A DNA stretch of 42,074 bases from Patescibacteria group bacterium (GTDB taxonomy: Bacteria; Patescibacteriota; Saccharimonadia; CAILAD01; BJGX01), in contig SICB01000001.1 of assembly GCA_009691555.1 (NCBI GenBank), positions 1 through 42,074 of the forward strand. The letters are read 5' to 3'. How positions within the stretch are numbered: position 1 is the first letter of the stretch; the number at the start of each line of letters is the position of its first letter. Positions 16,724-25,371 of this stretch are shown piece by piece. Below the pieces are notes generated by a model. It had not been told where the DNA came from and searched no databases. It saw only the letters and a program-made list of their open reading frames with translations. A program made the translations under genes and the position numbers.

Positions 16724-17082
16724 CAAGTTTTAAATATGCCTTTAGGGGCCTGGGCGCAGTAATTAGCTCAGAGCGTAACGCCAAGATTCACCTTGGATTT
16801 GCGATATTGGCTATCTTTCTTTCTGTGGTGTTGAGAGTCAGCGCGCTGGAGTTTCTGTTTGTCTTTAGCTCAATCGTGATGGTCTTTTTTTCAGAAATCG
16901 TCAATACCTCTATCGAAAAATCACTAGATTTGATTAGCCAAGAAAATAACCACCTCGTACAACTGATTAAGGATATGATGGCTGCTGCGGTGCTAGTAAC
17001 GGCGCTCGGTGCGGTCGTGGTGGCTGGAGTGGTGTTTGGACCCAGGTTCTACCAGCTCTTAATCGGCCTGATAAACAAATGA
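16711..17082 (+). CDS. dgkA: Diacylglycerol/undecaprenol kinase (DgkA family)
   Basis: A 123-aa three-TM protein with ERNAKIH and EIVNTSIE motifs and ybeY-dgkA synteny. Confidence 0.8.
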   Translation: MVTVASFKYAFRGLGAVISSERNAKIHLGFAILAIFLSVVLRVSALEFLFVFSSIVMVFFSEIVNTSIEKSLDLISQENNHLVQLIKDMMAAAVLVTALGAVVVAGVVFGPRFYQLLIGLINK

Positions 17083-17624
17083 AGCAGCTGGTAGTTGTTA
17101 TTGGTTTGCCTGGGTCTGGCAAAGACACCCAGATAGGTCTATTGCAGAGGCTCCGTAAAGTCGAAGTTGTCCGGATAGGCGACTTGATCCGCGAGCAAGC
17201 CAAAACTAATACTTCGATAAGCCACGCCCTACGCAGTGGCAGCCTAGTCGATTACGACCTCGTAAATAAGATTGTCCAACAGGAGATCGAAAGTTTTGCA
17301 GATGATAGCATCATTATATCGGACGGTTTCCCAAGAGATACCGACCAAGCCGATTGGATGGAGACCTATGCTGGCACTCACAAGATAGCGATAATAAGCT
17401 ATATATTGCTCGACATCTCCGACCAAGAATCGCTTCAGCGTTTGCTAAAGAGAGGCCGAGCGGACGATACGGAGCCTATTATCAGGCGTCGTATTGAGGG
17501 TTTTCATAATCTCACCGACAAGGTCATTGAAGCCGCCAAGAGCCACGATAAATTTGCAAGAGTTGATGCCACTGGCAGTCCCGAAGTGGTCTTTGAGAGA
17601 CTTAGGAAAGCCCTAGGATGGTAG
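17079..17624 (+). CDS. adk: Adenylate kinase, short form
   Basis: P-loop GLPGSGKDTQ, DGFPR, and a short lid RGRADD without a zinc ribbon. Confidence 0.85.
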   Translation: MKQLVVVIGLPGSGKDTQIGLLQRLRKVEVVRIGDLIREQAKTNTSISHALRSGSLVDYDLVNKIVQQEIESFADDSIIISDGFPRDTDQADWMETYAGTHKIAIISYILLDISDQESLQRLLKRGRADDTEPIIRRRIEGFHNLTDKVIEAAKSHDKFARVDATGSPEVVFERLRKALGW

Positions 17625-17628
17625 CCTA

Positions 17629-18378
17629 GTGCTGAAAAATAAAATCAAATCAGCAAAAGAGCTTAAAAATATCCGTCTCAGTGGAGAGATATTGACATCG
17701 GTTCTGGACATTCTGGTTGCCTCTGCCAAAGCCGGTGTAACTAGCCTAGAGCTTGATGCTATCGCCGAAAAAGAAACCATTGCCCGAGGTGCTAAGCCAG
17801 CATTTTTGGGCTATCAGGGCTTTCCGGGCCGGGTTTGTGTATCGGTCAATAACGAAATCGTTCATGCCATACCCAACGACCGCAAATTACAAACCGGCGA
17901 CCTTGTCGGTATCGACTACGGTGTTAGCTATAATGGCATGATCACCGATGCAGCTCGCACCATTAGCCTCGGTAAGCCGTCGCGTGACGGGCTGATGCTA
18001 CTCGAGGGTTGCTACGAGGCTTTGCAAGACGCCCTAAAAGTTATCAAACCTGGAGCTCGGGTTGGCGATGTTAGCTCGGCTATTGAACACCAACTAAGAA
18101 AGCACAACTTGAAGCCAATCTATAGCCTTACTGGTCATGGCGTTGGTCACGAACTGCACGAAGACCCCGTGATACCCAATTACGGCAATGCTGGCAGCGG
18201 CGAGGTTCTAAAAGCTGGTATGACCATCGCTATTGAGCCAATCGCATCGACCGGAACCAACGATTTGTATCTGGCTGACGACGGCTGGACTTATATGACC
18301 CGAGACGGCTCATTGAGCGCTCAGTTCGAAAATACCATTCTCATTACAAAAGCTGGCTGCGAGGTAATTGCCAGCTAA
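17629..18378 (+). CDS. map: Methionine aminopeptidase type I
   Basis: Pita-bread fold ligand context is present (DYG...DAART, HGVGHELHE, IEP, FENT). The start is GTG. Confidence 0.9.
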   Translation: MLKNKIKSAKELKNIRLSGEILTSVLDILVASAKAGVTSLELDAIAEKETIARGAKPAFLGYQGFPGRVCVSVNNEIVHAIPNDRKLQTGDLVGIDYGVSYNGMITDAARTISLGKPSRDGLMLLEGCYEALQDALKVIKPGARVGDVSSAIEHQLRKHNLKPIYSLTGHGVGHELHEDPVIPNYGNAGSGEVLKAGMTIAIEPIASTGTNDLYLADDGWTYMTRDGSLSAQFENTILITKAGCEVIAS

Positions 18379-18381
18379 TAT

Positions 18382-18411
18382 TTGAATATTACACCTTACT
18401 TGAAGTATAAT
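18382..18411 (+). promoter_or_regulatory. Promoter candidate TTGAAT-18-TATAAT, 9 nt upstream of the ftsA ATG
   Basis: Hexamers at 18382-18387 and 18406-18411. There is no SD before the ATG at 18420. Confidence 0.45.
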
Positions 18412-18419
18412 AGCTGTAT

Positions 18420-19655
18420 ATGGCTGCAAAAAACGAGGAAACATACGTAGGAATCGACATCGGTACCAGCAAAGTGGTCTGTGTTGTTGGTTTGCACCAA
18501 GAAGACTCGGCGCTGCCTAGCATCATCGGTCTTGGTGTCTCGCCAACATCTGGATTGCGCCGTGGCGTGGTAGTGGATGTCGAGGAGACAGTCAGCTCTA
18601 TTACAGCTGCACTCGAAGAAGCCGAACGAATGAGTGGCATTGCCATCGAGCGAGCGACCATTTCGGTCGATGGAGCGCACATTCATAGCAAGAACTCTAA
18701 AGGCGTAATTGCGGTGTCTCGGGCCGACCACGAAATAACCAAAGAAGAGCTGTCGCGTGTAGAGGTAGCCTCAACTGCAATTCAGCTTGAGTCGAACAGA
18801 CAGATTTTACAGGTGATACCCAGAAATTATAGTGTCGATGGCCAGCCTGGTATTGCCGACCCCGTCGGAATGAATGGTATTCGGCTTGAAGTCGATACGC
18901 ACATCATCACTGGTTCCAGCCCAGCCCTCAAAAATCTAGAAAATGCCGTTTTTAGGTCTGGCATTCAAATTAACGGCCAGTTTATCGTACCAATCGCAGC
19001 TGCCAGGACAGTATTGACCAAAAAACAAATGGAACTCGGCGTAGCATTGGTGCATATCGGCTCCGAAACTACCGGAATTGCCATCTACAACGAAGGAAAG
19101 CTATCATATACCAACATCATCCCGCTCGGTTCAAATAACATCACCAAAGATTTAGTGTACGGTCTCAGGACTAATATCGAAATTGCAGACAAGATAAAAC
19201 TCAAATATGGCTCGGCTCAGCACCCCGGCCGATCTGACCACCAAAAAATAGACCTCTCGGAGTTTGGTGGCAAAGGTGTTGCTATGAAAGGCGACATCGA
19301 TAAGATTATCTTTGCCAGAGCCAGTGAAATATTTACACTTGTGGCACAAGAAATAGCCAAAGTCGACCAAAGACAGCAGCTTGCGGCAGGGGTAGTGCTT
19401 ACAGGTGGGGGATCGAACATGCCCGAAGTGGCCGAATTTGCCAAAAGCTTCGTAAAACTCCCGACCATCGTCGGATCGAGTCAAAAATACACTGGTGTTT
19501 CAGATAAAATCACCGATCCCTCCTACGCCACAGCAATTGGGCTGATGCTAGAAGATATGGATGTACCTAAAAGTAAAGCAAATAACGTTTTTGACGGCAT
19601 ATTGGGCAGAATAGTCCATAAAGCCAAAACTATCTTTAAGGGCCTGATGCCTTAG
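18420..19655 (+). CDS. ftsA: Cell division protein FtsA
   Basis: Actin-fold phosphate-1 motif GIDIGTSKV and a later VLTGGGS motif. It lies directly upstream of ftsZ. Confidence 0.9.
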   Translation: MAAKNEETYVGIDIGTSKVVCVVGLHQEDSALPSIIGLGVSPTSGLRRGVVVDVEETVSSITAALEEAERMSGIAIERATISVDGAHIHSKNSKGVIAVSRADHEITKEELSRVEVASTAIQLESNRQILQVIPRNYSVDGQPGIADPVGMNGIRLEVDTHIITGSSPALKNLENAVFRSGIQINGQFIVPIAAARTVLTKKQMELGVALVHIGSETTGIAIYNEGKLSYTNIIPLGSNNITKDLVYGLRTNIEIADKIKLKYGSAQHPGRSDHQKIDLSEFGGKGVAMKGDIDKIIFARASEIFTLVAQEIAKVDQRQQLAAGVVLTGGGSNMPEVAEFAKSFVKLPTIVGSSQKYTGVSDKITDPSYATAIGLMLEDMDVPKSKANNVFDGILGRIVHKAKTIFKGLMP

Positions 19656-19690
19656 CCAATGCTCTTAGAACGCCCAATCCGACCATAATT

Positions 19691-19724
19691 GAGCTGCTTT
19701 GTTAAAATAGGCAGCTTTTTGTAT
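19691..19724 (+). terminator. Rho-independent terminator candidate after ftsA
   Basis: gAGCTGC-13 nt loop-GCAGCTt followed by TTTTGTATTATT. Confidence 0.5.
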
Positions 19725-19819
19725 TATTAGAGCCCTTGATAATTAAAAGAACAAATAAATTATTAAATAGAACACATTTTTTATAGCTAATAAATATCAA
19801 ATAAACTTGAACAAATATG

Positions 19820-19848
19820 TTGCATATGGCGTTGTATACATATATAAT
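19820..19848 (+). promoter_or_regulatory. Near-consensus promoter TTGCAT-17-TATAAT for ftsZ
   Basis: Hexamers at 19820-19825 and 19843-19848. It predicts a 5' UTR of about 95 nt. That UTR contains a perfect 8-bp hairpin (19899-19919, TGGAAGGA-tggtt-TCCTTCCA) and the SD GTGAGGTG. Confidence 0.5.
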
Positions 19849-19950
19849 TACAAGTATCCTTTTACTATTAAAAGGTATGTGGTAAGGCAGTTTATATCTG
19901 GAAGGATGGTTTCCTTCCATAGCAATTATCAAACCAGTGAGGTGAAAATT

Positions 19951-21363
19951 ATGGCAGAGATACTCCCAGAAATCGAAACATTTGCACGCATCAAGGTTGT
20001 CGGTATCGGCGGCGGCGGCGGCAATGCCTTAAATAGGATGGTCCAATCCAAACTAAGAGGCATTGATTTTGTTGCCATCAATACCGACGCTCAGGCCCTA
20101 CATTGGTCTCAGGCCAATAATAAAGTTCATATTGGCAAGGAAGCCACCAGGGGGCTTGGTGCTGGGGCTGACCCTGATGTCGGACGCCAGGCAGCCGAGG
20201 AGAGTGAAGAAGATATCTATAATGCTCTCAAGCACTCCGAGATGGTTTTTATTACTGCCGGTTATGGTGGAGGCACCGGATCGGGCGCCGCCCCGATTGT
20301 TGCCAAGATAGCCAGAGATATTGGCGCACTGACGGTCGCTATTATTACCAAACCATTTGGTTTTGAGGGCGAAAGACGCCGTAAAATAGCCGAGGCTGGT
20401 ATTGCCGAGCTAAAAGATAAGGTCGATACCCTAATTATTATCCCAAACGACAGAATATTACAATTAGTTGACCGTAAAACACCGCTGGTCGATGCTTTCG
20501 GAACAGTCGATGATGTTTTGAAACAAGGAGTGCAGGGAATTGCCGACCTTATCACTATCAACGGCTTGGTTAATTTGGATTTTGCTGATGTCAAATCGAT
20601 TATGAGCAACGCCGGCTCGGCGCTGATGGGAATCGGTGAGGGCACTGGCGACACTCGAGCTATTGACGCCGTCAAATACGCTATGGATTCGCCACTATTG
20701 GAAGTTTCGATACAAGGCGCGAAGGGCGTTTTAATCAACTTCACAGGTGGTCGCGATATGGGAATGCACGAGATCGAAGAGGCCGCCAAGCTAATTCATG
20801 ATTCGGTCGATCCGGACGCTAACATTATATGGGGTACAGTGCTAGATGAAAACCTAACCGGCGCCATTAGAGTAACCTTGGTTGCAACTGGCTTTGATGG
20901 CGAAAGAAACCACAAGGGCAGCCTGAACAACGATGCCCGCACCGAGCACTCTAGTATTTATATGAGTACAGCAGATACCATGGACATCGAAGATACACCA
21001 TTTCTGAAGCCCAAAGACGCTCAGCCGATATTTGACGATATCGAAGACCACACACCACTCGTTACAGCTACACCAGAAATCCTGGACGACTTCGACGTCG
21101 AACCTTCGGTAGATACTGACAACCAGCCAGCGACAGAGAAACCAAGCGAGCCGGACGAGTTCGAATTTGACGAATCTATCTATGATGCTGAATCGACCAA
21201 TAGTGGTTTCACTGACGAACCTATAATAGATACAATGCCAACAGATTTTGATAAAGAAGAACCCAGATACATCCCAGCTTACGAAAGATTCGGAATCAAA
21301 ATTGGTCGGACTAAGTCAAAAAATGACGACGACATACCAAGCATCGTAAAGAAAAAGCTCTAG
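19951..21363 (+). CDS. ftsZ: Cell division protein FtsZ with a long acidic C-terminal linker
   Basis: MAEILPE...IKVVGIGGGGGNALNRM, the tubulin signature GGGTGSGAAP, and the C-terminal peptide DDDIPSIVKKKL. I prefer the ATG at 19951 (SD GAGGTG 7 nt upstream) to the track start at 19807, which lies inside the promoter region. Confidence 0.95.
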   Translation: MAEILPEIETFARIKVVGIGGGGGNALNRMVQSKLRGIDFVAINTDAQALHWSQANNKVHIGKEATRGLGAGADPDVGRQAAEESEEDIYNALKHSEMVFITAGYGGGTGSGAAPIVAKIARDIGALTVAIITKPFGFEGERRRKIAEAGIAELKDKVDTLIIIPNDRILQLVDRKTPLVDAFGTVDDVLKQGVQGIADLITINGLVNLDFADVKSIMSNAGSALMGIGEGTGDTRAIDAVKYAMDSPLLEVSIQGAKGVLINFTGGRDMGMHEIEEAAKLIHDSVDPDANIIWGTVLDENLTGAIRVTLVATGFDGERNHKGSLNNDARTEHSSIYMSTADTMDIEDTPFLKPKDAQPIFDDIEDHTPLVTATPEILDDFDVEPSVDTDNQPATEKPSEPDEFEFDESIYDAESTNSGFTDEPIIDTMPTDFDKEEPRYIPAYERFGIKIGRTKSKNDDDIPSIVKKKL

Positions 21364-21374
21364 GATAACGTGTC

Positions 21375-21833
21375 GTGAAGTGCCCAGTTTGTAGCTTGCG
21401 GGTCAGTAGGGTACTTGAGTCGCGTGATGTCGAGGAGGCTAGCTCAATTCGCCGTCGCCGCGAATGTCTTGACTGTAAACACCGTTTTACAACCTATGAG
21501 CGACCAGAAGTACCAAACCTAATGGTGGTCAAGAAGAACGGCGAGCGGGAGCTGTTTAATAGAGAAAAACTTTCAAGAGGTATTTATAGAGCTTTCGAAA
21601 AACGACCAATCGGAGCTGTCAAAATTGAAGAGATTATATCCGAAGTCGAACGCCTGGCGCGCGGCATGGATCAGCCCGAGCTCGACACCAATAAAATAGG
21701 GGCGATAGTTATGGACGAACTTTTGCAGACTGATGACGTCGCCTATGTCAGGTTCGCCAGCGTCTACCGAAGCTTCACCAGCCTATCAAGTTTCGAAAAA
21801 GAACTTACCAAAATCAAAAAACTCCATAATTAG
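21375..21833 (+). CDS. nrdR: Transcriptional repressor NrdR
   Basis: N-terminal zinc ribbon CPVC...CLDC, RFTTYE, and an ATP-cone domain. Confidence 0.9.
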   Translation: MKCPVCSLRVSRVLESRDVEEASSIRRRRECLDCKHRFTTYERPEVPNLMVVKKNGERELFNREKLSRGIYRAFEKRPIGAVKIEEIISEVERLARGMDQPELDTNKIGAIVMDELLQTDDVAYVRFASVYRSFTSLSSFEKELTKIKKLHN

Positions 21834-21859
21834 CAGCCTTGTGCTAAAATAATAAGCAA

Positions 21860-22126
21860 ATGAAAGCACTATTGTTTGATCGTAAATCAGATACTAACTC
21901 GCACAAGCTTGAGCTTAATGGTCTCAAAAAAAACCTTGCCATTAATAAGGTTAGAGTACAAGAGGTAGATGCCGATTCGCCCAGTGGTATAGGTATGGCC
22001 GAGAGCTACGATATTCTGAGTTTTCCGGCGGTACTTTTGATACGCGAAGATGGAGTTGTTCAAAAAGTCTGGCAAGGACATCTCCCTGCCAATAATGAAA
22101 TCCACGAGTCTATCGGCTACATCTAG
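21860..22126 (+). CDS. Small thioredoxin-fold-like protein lacking a CxxC motif (hypothetical)
   Basis: The C-terminal half resembles the Trx pattern V.EVDAD....g.A.sYdI.sfPavLLi..dG.v...w.G. The sequence contains no cysteine at all. Confidence 0.35.
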   Translation: MKALLFDRKSDTNSHKLELNGLKKNLAINKVRVQEVDADSPSGIGMAESYDILSFPAVLLIREDGVVQKVWQGHLPANNEIHESIGYI

Positions 22127-22159
22127 TAAAAAAGTGCAAATACTACTATAATAACTTCT

Positions 22160-22450
22160 AGTTAGGGCGTTAGTATAACGATTGGTTATTAGCGACTGGT
22201 TATCAGCCAGTAGTGCGTATTGCGCAGCGCCACGGGAAGAAATCCTTGCAAGCAAGCTTGCACCAGACAGTAGAACCCGTCGTCAAGGGCCGCGTTAGAG
22301 CCACAAATAAGTGTTGGGCTTCTGGTAGTCTCTGATAGCTTGGAGATTTAAAGAGGGGCTCAAAAGTCAGGTGGTACCGTTCGCCCTTATCATTAAGTAG
22401 CGAACCCTGACACCGCGCCGAGCAATTGGTTTTTAAAGCGGTGTTTTATT
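22160..22450 (+). promoter_or_regulatory. T-box leader (tRNA-sensing riboswitch) controlling ileS
   Basis: T-box sequence AGGTGGTACCGTTCG. The antiterminator is GTCAGG (22366-71), a 7-nt bulge TGGTACC (22372-78) and GTTCGC (22379-84), then a loop, GCGAAC (22400-05) and CCTGAC (22406-11). An F-box-like CGCGTTA is present. A downstream hairpin ACACCGC (22410-16) with GCGGTGT (22438-44) is followed by TTTTATTATTT. A TATAAT lies at 22147-22152. Confidence 0.8.
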
Positions 22451-22467
22451 ATTTAAGGGAGAAAACC

Positions 22468-25371
22468 ATGAAAAAGATACCACAGTACCGACCCAGAGAA
22501 GTCGAAGAAGAAATGCTCAAGGTTTGGAGCAAAGAAAAAACCTTTGAGGCCTCGCTAGATAAAACCAAAAATGGTCAGCCATTTAGTTTTTATGATGGCC
22601 CTCCATTTGCCAACGGCCTGCCACATTTTGGACACAGCCTAGTGACTAGCATTAAGGATTCGATTGGTCGATTCCAGACCATGCGCGGTAGGTACGTGGA
22701 CCGCCGTAATGGCTGGGATTGTCATGGCCTGCCGGTCGAGTTTGAAATTGAGAAAAAATTTAATGTCTCGGGCAAACAGCAAATCACGGAACTCGGTTTG
22801 GAAAAGTTCAACCAAGCCTGCCGGGATTCGGTTTTTACATATAAAAGTGATTGGGAAGATTTTTTTGATCGCATCGGTCGATGGACGGACAAAGACAAGG
22901 CCTACGCCACCATCGACAATACCTACATCGAGTCGGTTTGGTGGACTTTCGCGCAGATTTATAAAAAAGGCCTGATATATAAGGGCTTCAAGTGCATGCC
23001 ATACTGCCCGCGCTGCACCACACCGCTCAGCAATTTTGAGGTCAATGAAGGCTACAGAGATGATGTCTCGGACCCCAGCGTCATAGTAAAGTTCAAATTA
23101 GCTGATGATGATGCAAGCTTGTTGGCCTGGACAACCACACCCTGGAGCTTGCCAGGCAACAGCGCCCTAGCCGTGAAGCCAGATGCCCAATACTTAGTTA
23201 TAAATACCACTGCCGATGGATCAAACGAAAAGCTGATTGTAGCCAAAGATCGACTCGAAAGCCTAAAGCTGGAAAGCTACGAAATACTCGATACAATACT
23301 CGGAAGCGACTTGGTCGGAAAGAGCTATCAGCCATTATTCACTATCAAAGACTTTCAGCCTACCAACAATAGTTACAAGGTTTGGTCGGCCGATTTTGTA
23401 AGCGTTGAAGATGGTACCGGCATACTGCATGTGGCGCCGGCTTTTGGCGAAGATGACCTTGCCTTGAGTCAGGCTAACGATATACCACTAATTAATACCA
23501 TCGACCTCAACGGAAAAGTCAAAACTGCTATCGGGCTAGAATTTATCGAAGGCAAGTTCTTTAAATCGGCCGATAAGCTAGTGATAGAACATCTGACCGA
23601 GCAAGGTAATATTTACTCGGCCGAGACCTTTGCGCACACCTACCCATTTTGTTATCGCTGCGAAACCCCGCTACTATATTATGCTATCGATACCTGGTTT
23701 GTGGCAGTTTCGTCGATCAAAAAACAGCTAAAAGATACTGCCCAAGATATCAACTGGACGCCCGACAATATCAAAGAAGGCCGTTTTGGTAGGTGGCTAG
23801 ATGGCGCCCGCGACTGGGCCATATCGCGCAATCGCTACTGGGGTGCTCCCGTCCCTATTTGGGTCAATCAAGACGACGATAGTGATATCTTGGTGGTCGA
23901 GAGTATCGAAGAGCTCAACCAACTGACCGATTCTGGCTTCGACCTGAGCGACTTGCACCGGCCTTTTATCGATAAAGTTACTATTAAAAAAGACGGTAAA
24001 ACTTACAGGCGCGTCGAAGAAGTTATCGATTGTTGGTTTGAGTCGGGCTCAATGCCAATTGCCCAGCAGCATTATCCTTTCGAAAACAATGCTAAATTTG
24101 AGCAGAGCTTTCCGGCCGATTATATCGGAGAAGGTCTCGACCAAACTAGGCTTTGGTTTTATGTTTTGCATGTCATATCGACGATTGTTTTTGATAAGCC
24201 AGCCTATAAAAATGTTGTGGTCAATGGGCTAATTACCGCCAGTGACGGCCAGAAACTATCTAAGAGGTTAAAAAACTACCCACCCCTGCAAGAAGTATTT
24301 GACCTCGAGGGTGCCGACAGCCTGCGCTATTACTTACTATCTAGCGCACCGGCCTTGTCGGGCGAGTACATGCGCTTTGACAGGGATAGCCTCAAGGACA
24401 TCAACCGCAACTTATTTATGACACTCTACAATAGCGCGTCTTTTTTGAGCCTTTATACTGAAATCGACAAATGGAAGCCGACTAGCCTCGATAGACCGAT
24501 TGGGCTAGCCAACCCGCTCGATTTATGGCTAGTGGCTCGTGTCAGTGGCACGATAGCCGAAGTCACTGCTGCGGCTGACAATTTTGAAATAGCCAAAGCC
24601 AGCTGGCCCGTCTATAAGCTCGTCGATGATATGTCTAATTGGTATGTCCGAAGGAGCCGCCGCAGATTCTGGAAATCCGAAGACGATTCCGACAAACTCC
24701 AGGCCTACCAGACACTGCACTGGTCGCTGGTGACAATTTGTCAGTTGCTAGCTCCATGGGCGCCATTTATGAGTGATTGGCTGTACCGGCACCTGACCGA
24801 AGATATCGCCACCGCTCCTCGCTCGGTGCACCTCAGCGACTGGCCAAGCAGTGGCGAATCTGACCAGCAAATACTACAAGACATGGACATTGTTAGGCGC
24901 TACGTCAATGACGGCCTGGCCAAGCGGTCTGAAAATAAAATAAAGGTTCGTCAGCCATTGGCAACTGCCACCATAAAAGGGCCCGACAAAATAGCCCAAG
25001 ACTTAGTGGATATTATTTGTGAAGAGCTTAATGTCAAAAAGGTTCAATACCAAAAGAGCAATGACATTTCGGTGGATATCGATACGACTATCACGCCATC
25101 ACTCAAAAACGAAGGTATCGCCAGAGAGATAGTCCGAAACATCCAATCTTGCCGAAAGGAAGCTGGCCTGCAAATAGAAAACCGTATCAAGCTTTCCTTG
25201 CGCACCGACTCAGCAGAAATCGCCTCGGCTGTCGCTGAATTTGAAAAGCTAATAGCACTAGAGACCCTGACCCAGCAGTATTCGTCACGCTCAGAGGGGT
25301 ACCAATTCGTAAAGACAGTTTCCTTAGAAGGCCACGAGCTGACTATAGAGCTCGAAAAATATGAAGCGTAA
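22468..25371 (+). CDS. ileS: Isoleucyl-tRNA synthetase, type 2 (eukaryote-like) architecture
   Basis: FYDGPPFANGLPHFGH (HIGH region in the type-2 context), KLSKR (KMSKS), and an editing CP1 domain. I prefer the ATG at 22468 (SD AAGGGAG 7 nt upstream), because the track start at 22426 lies inside the terminator hairpin. Confidence 0.95.
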   Translation: MKKIPQYRPREVEEEMLKVWSKEKTFEASLDKTKNGQPFSFYDGPPFANGLPHFGHSLVTSIKDSIGRFQTMRGRYVDRRNGWDCHGLPVEFEIEKKFNVSGKQQITELGLEKFNQACRDSVFTYKSDWEDFFDRIGRWTDKDKAYATIDNTYIESVWWTFAQIYKKGLIYKGFKCMPYCPRCTTPLSNFEVNEGYRDDVSDPSVIVKFKLADDDASLLAWTTTPWSLPGNSALAVKPDAQYLVINTTADGSNEKLIVAKDRLESLKLESYEILDTILGSDLVGKSYQPLFTIKDFQPTNNSYKVWSADFVSVEDGTGILHVAPAFGEDDLALSQANDIPLINTIDLNGKVKTAIGLEFIEGKFFKSADKLVIEHLTEQGNIYSAETFAHTYPFCYRCETPLLYYAIDTWFVAVSSIKKQLKDTAQDINWTPDNIKEGRFGRWLDGARDWAISRNRYWGAPVPIWVNQDDDSDILVVESIEELNQLTDSGFDLSDLHRPFIDKVTIKKDGKTYRRVEEVIDCWFESGSMPIAQQHYPFENNAKFEQSFPADYIGEGLDQTRLWFYVLHVISTIVFDKPAYKNVVVNGLITASDGQKLSKRLKNYPPLQEVFDLEGADSLRYYLLSSAPALSGEYMRFDRDSLKDINRNLFMTLYNSASFLSLYTEIDKWKPTSLDRPIGLANPLDLWLVARVSGTIAEVTAAADNFEIAKASWPVYKLVDDMSNWYVRRSRRRFWKSEDDSDKLQAYQTLHWSLVTICQLLAPWAPFMSDWLYRHLTEDIATAPRSVHLSDWPSSGESDQQILQDMDIVRRYVNDGLAKRSENKIKVRQPLATATIKGPDKIAQDLVDIICEELNVKKVQYQKSNDISVDIDTTITPSLKNEGIAREIVRNIQSCRKEAGLQIENRIKLSLRTDSAEIASAVAEFEKLIALETLTQQYSSRSEGYQFVKTVSLEGHELTIELEKYEA

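Noticed and set aside
19807-19950. Upstream extensions of track ORFs: ftsZ from 19807, ileS from 22426, the receiver gene from 5135, and the post-nuclease ORF from 26983.
   Set aside because: The extensions run through promoter, terminator or AT-rich UTR sequence and encode atypical peptides. Internal ATGs with proper SD or leaderless-promoter context give N-termini matching the families (MAEILPE.., MKKIPQYRP.., MKKVCLLVED..). The 26983 case remains the least certain.
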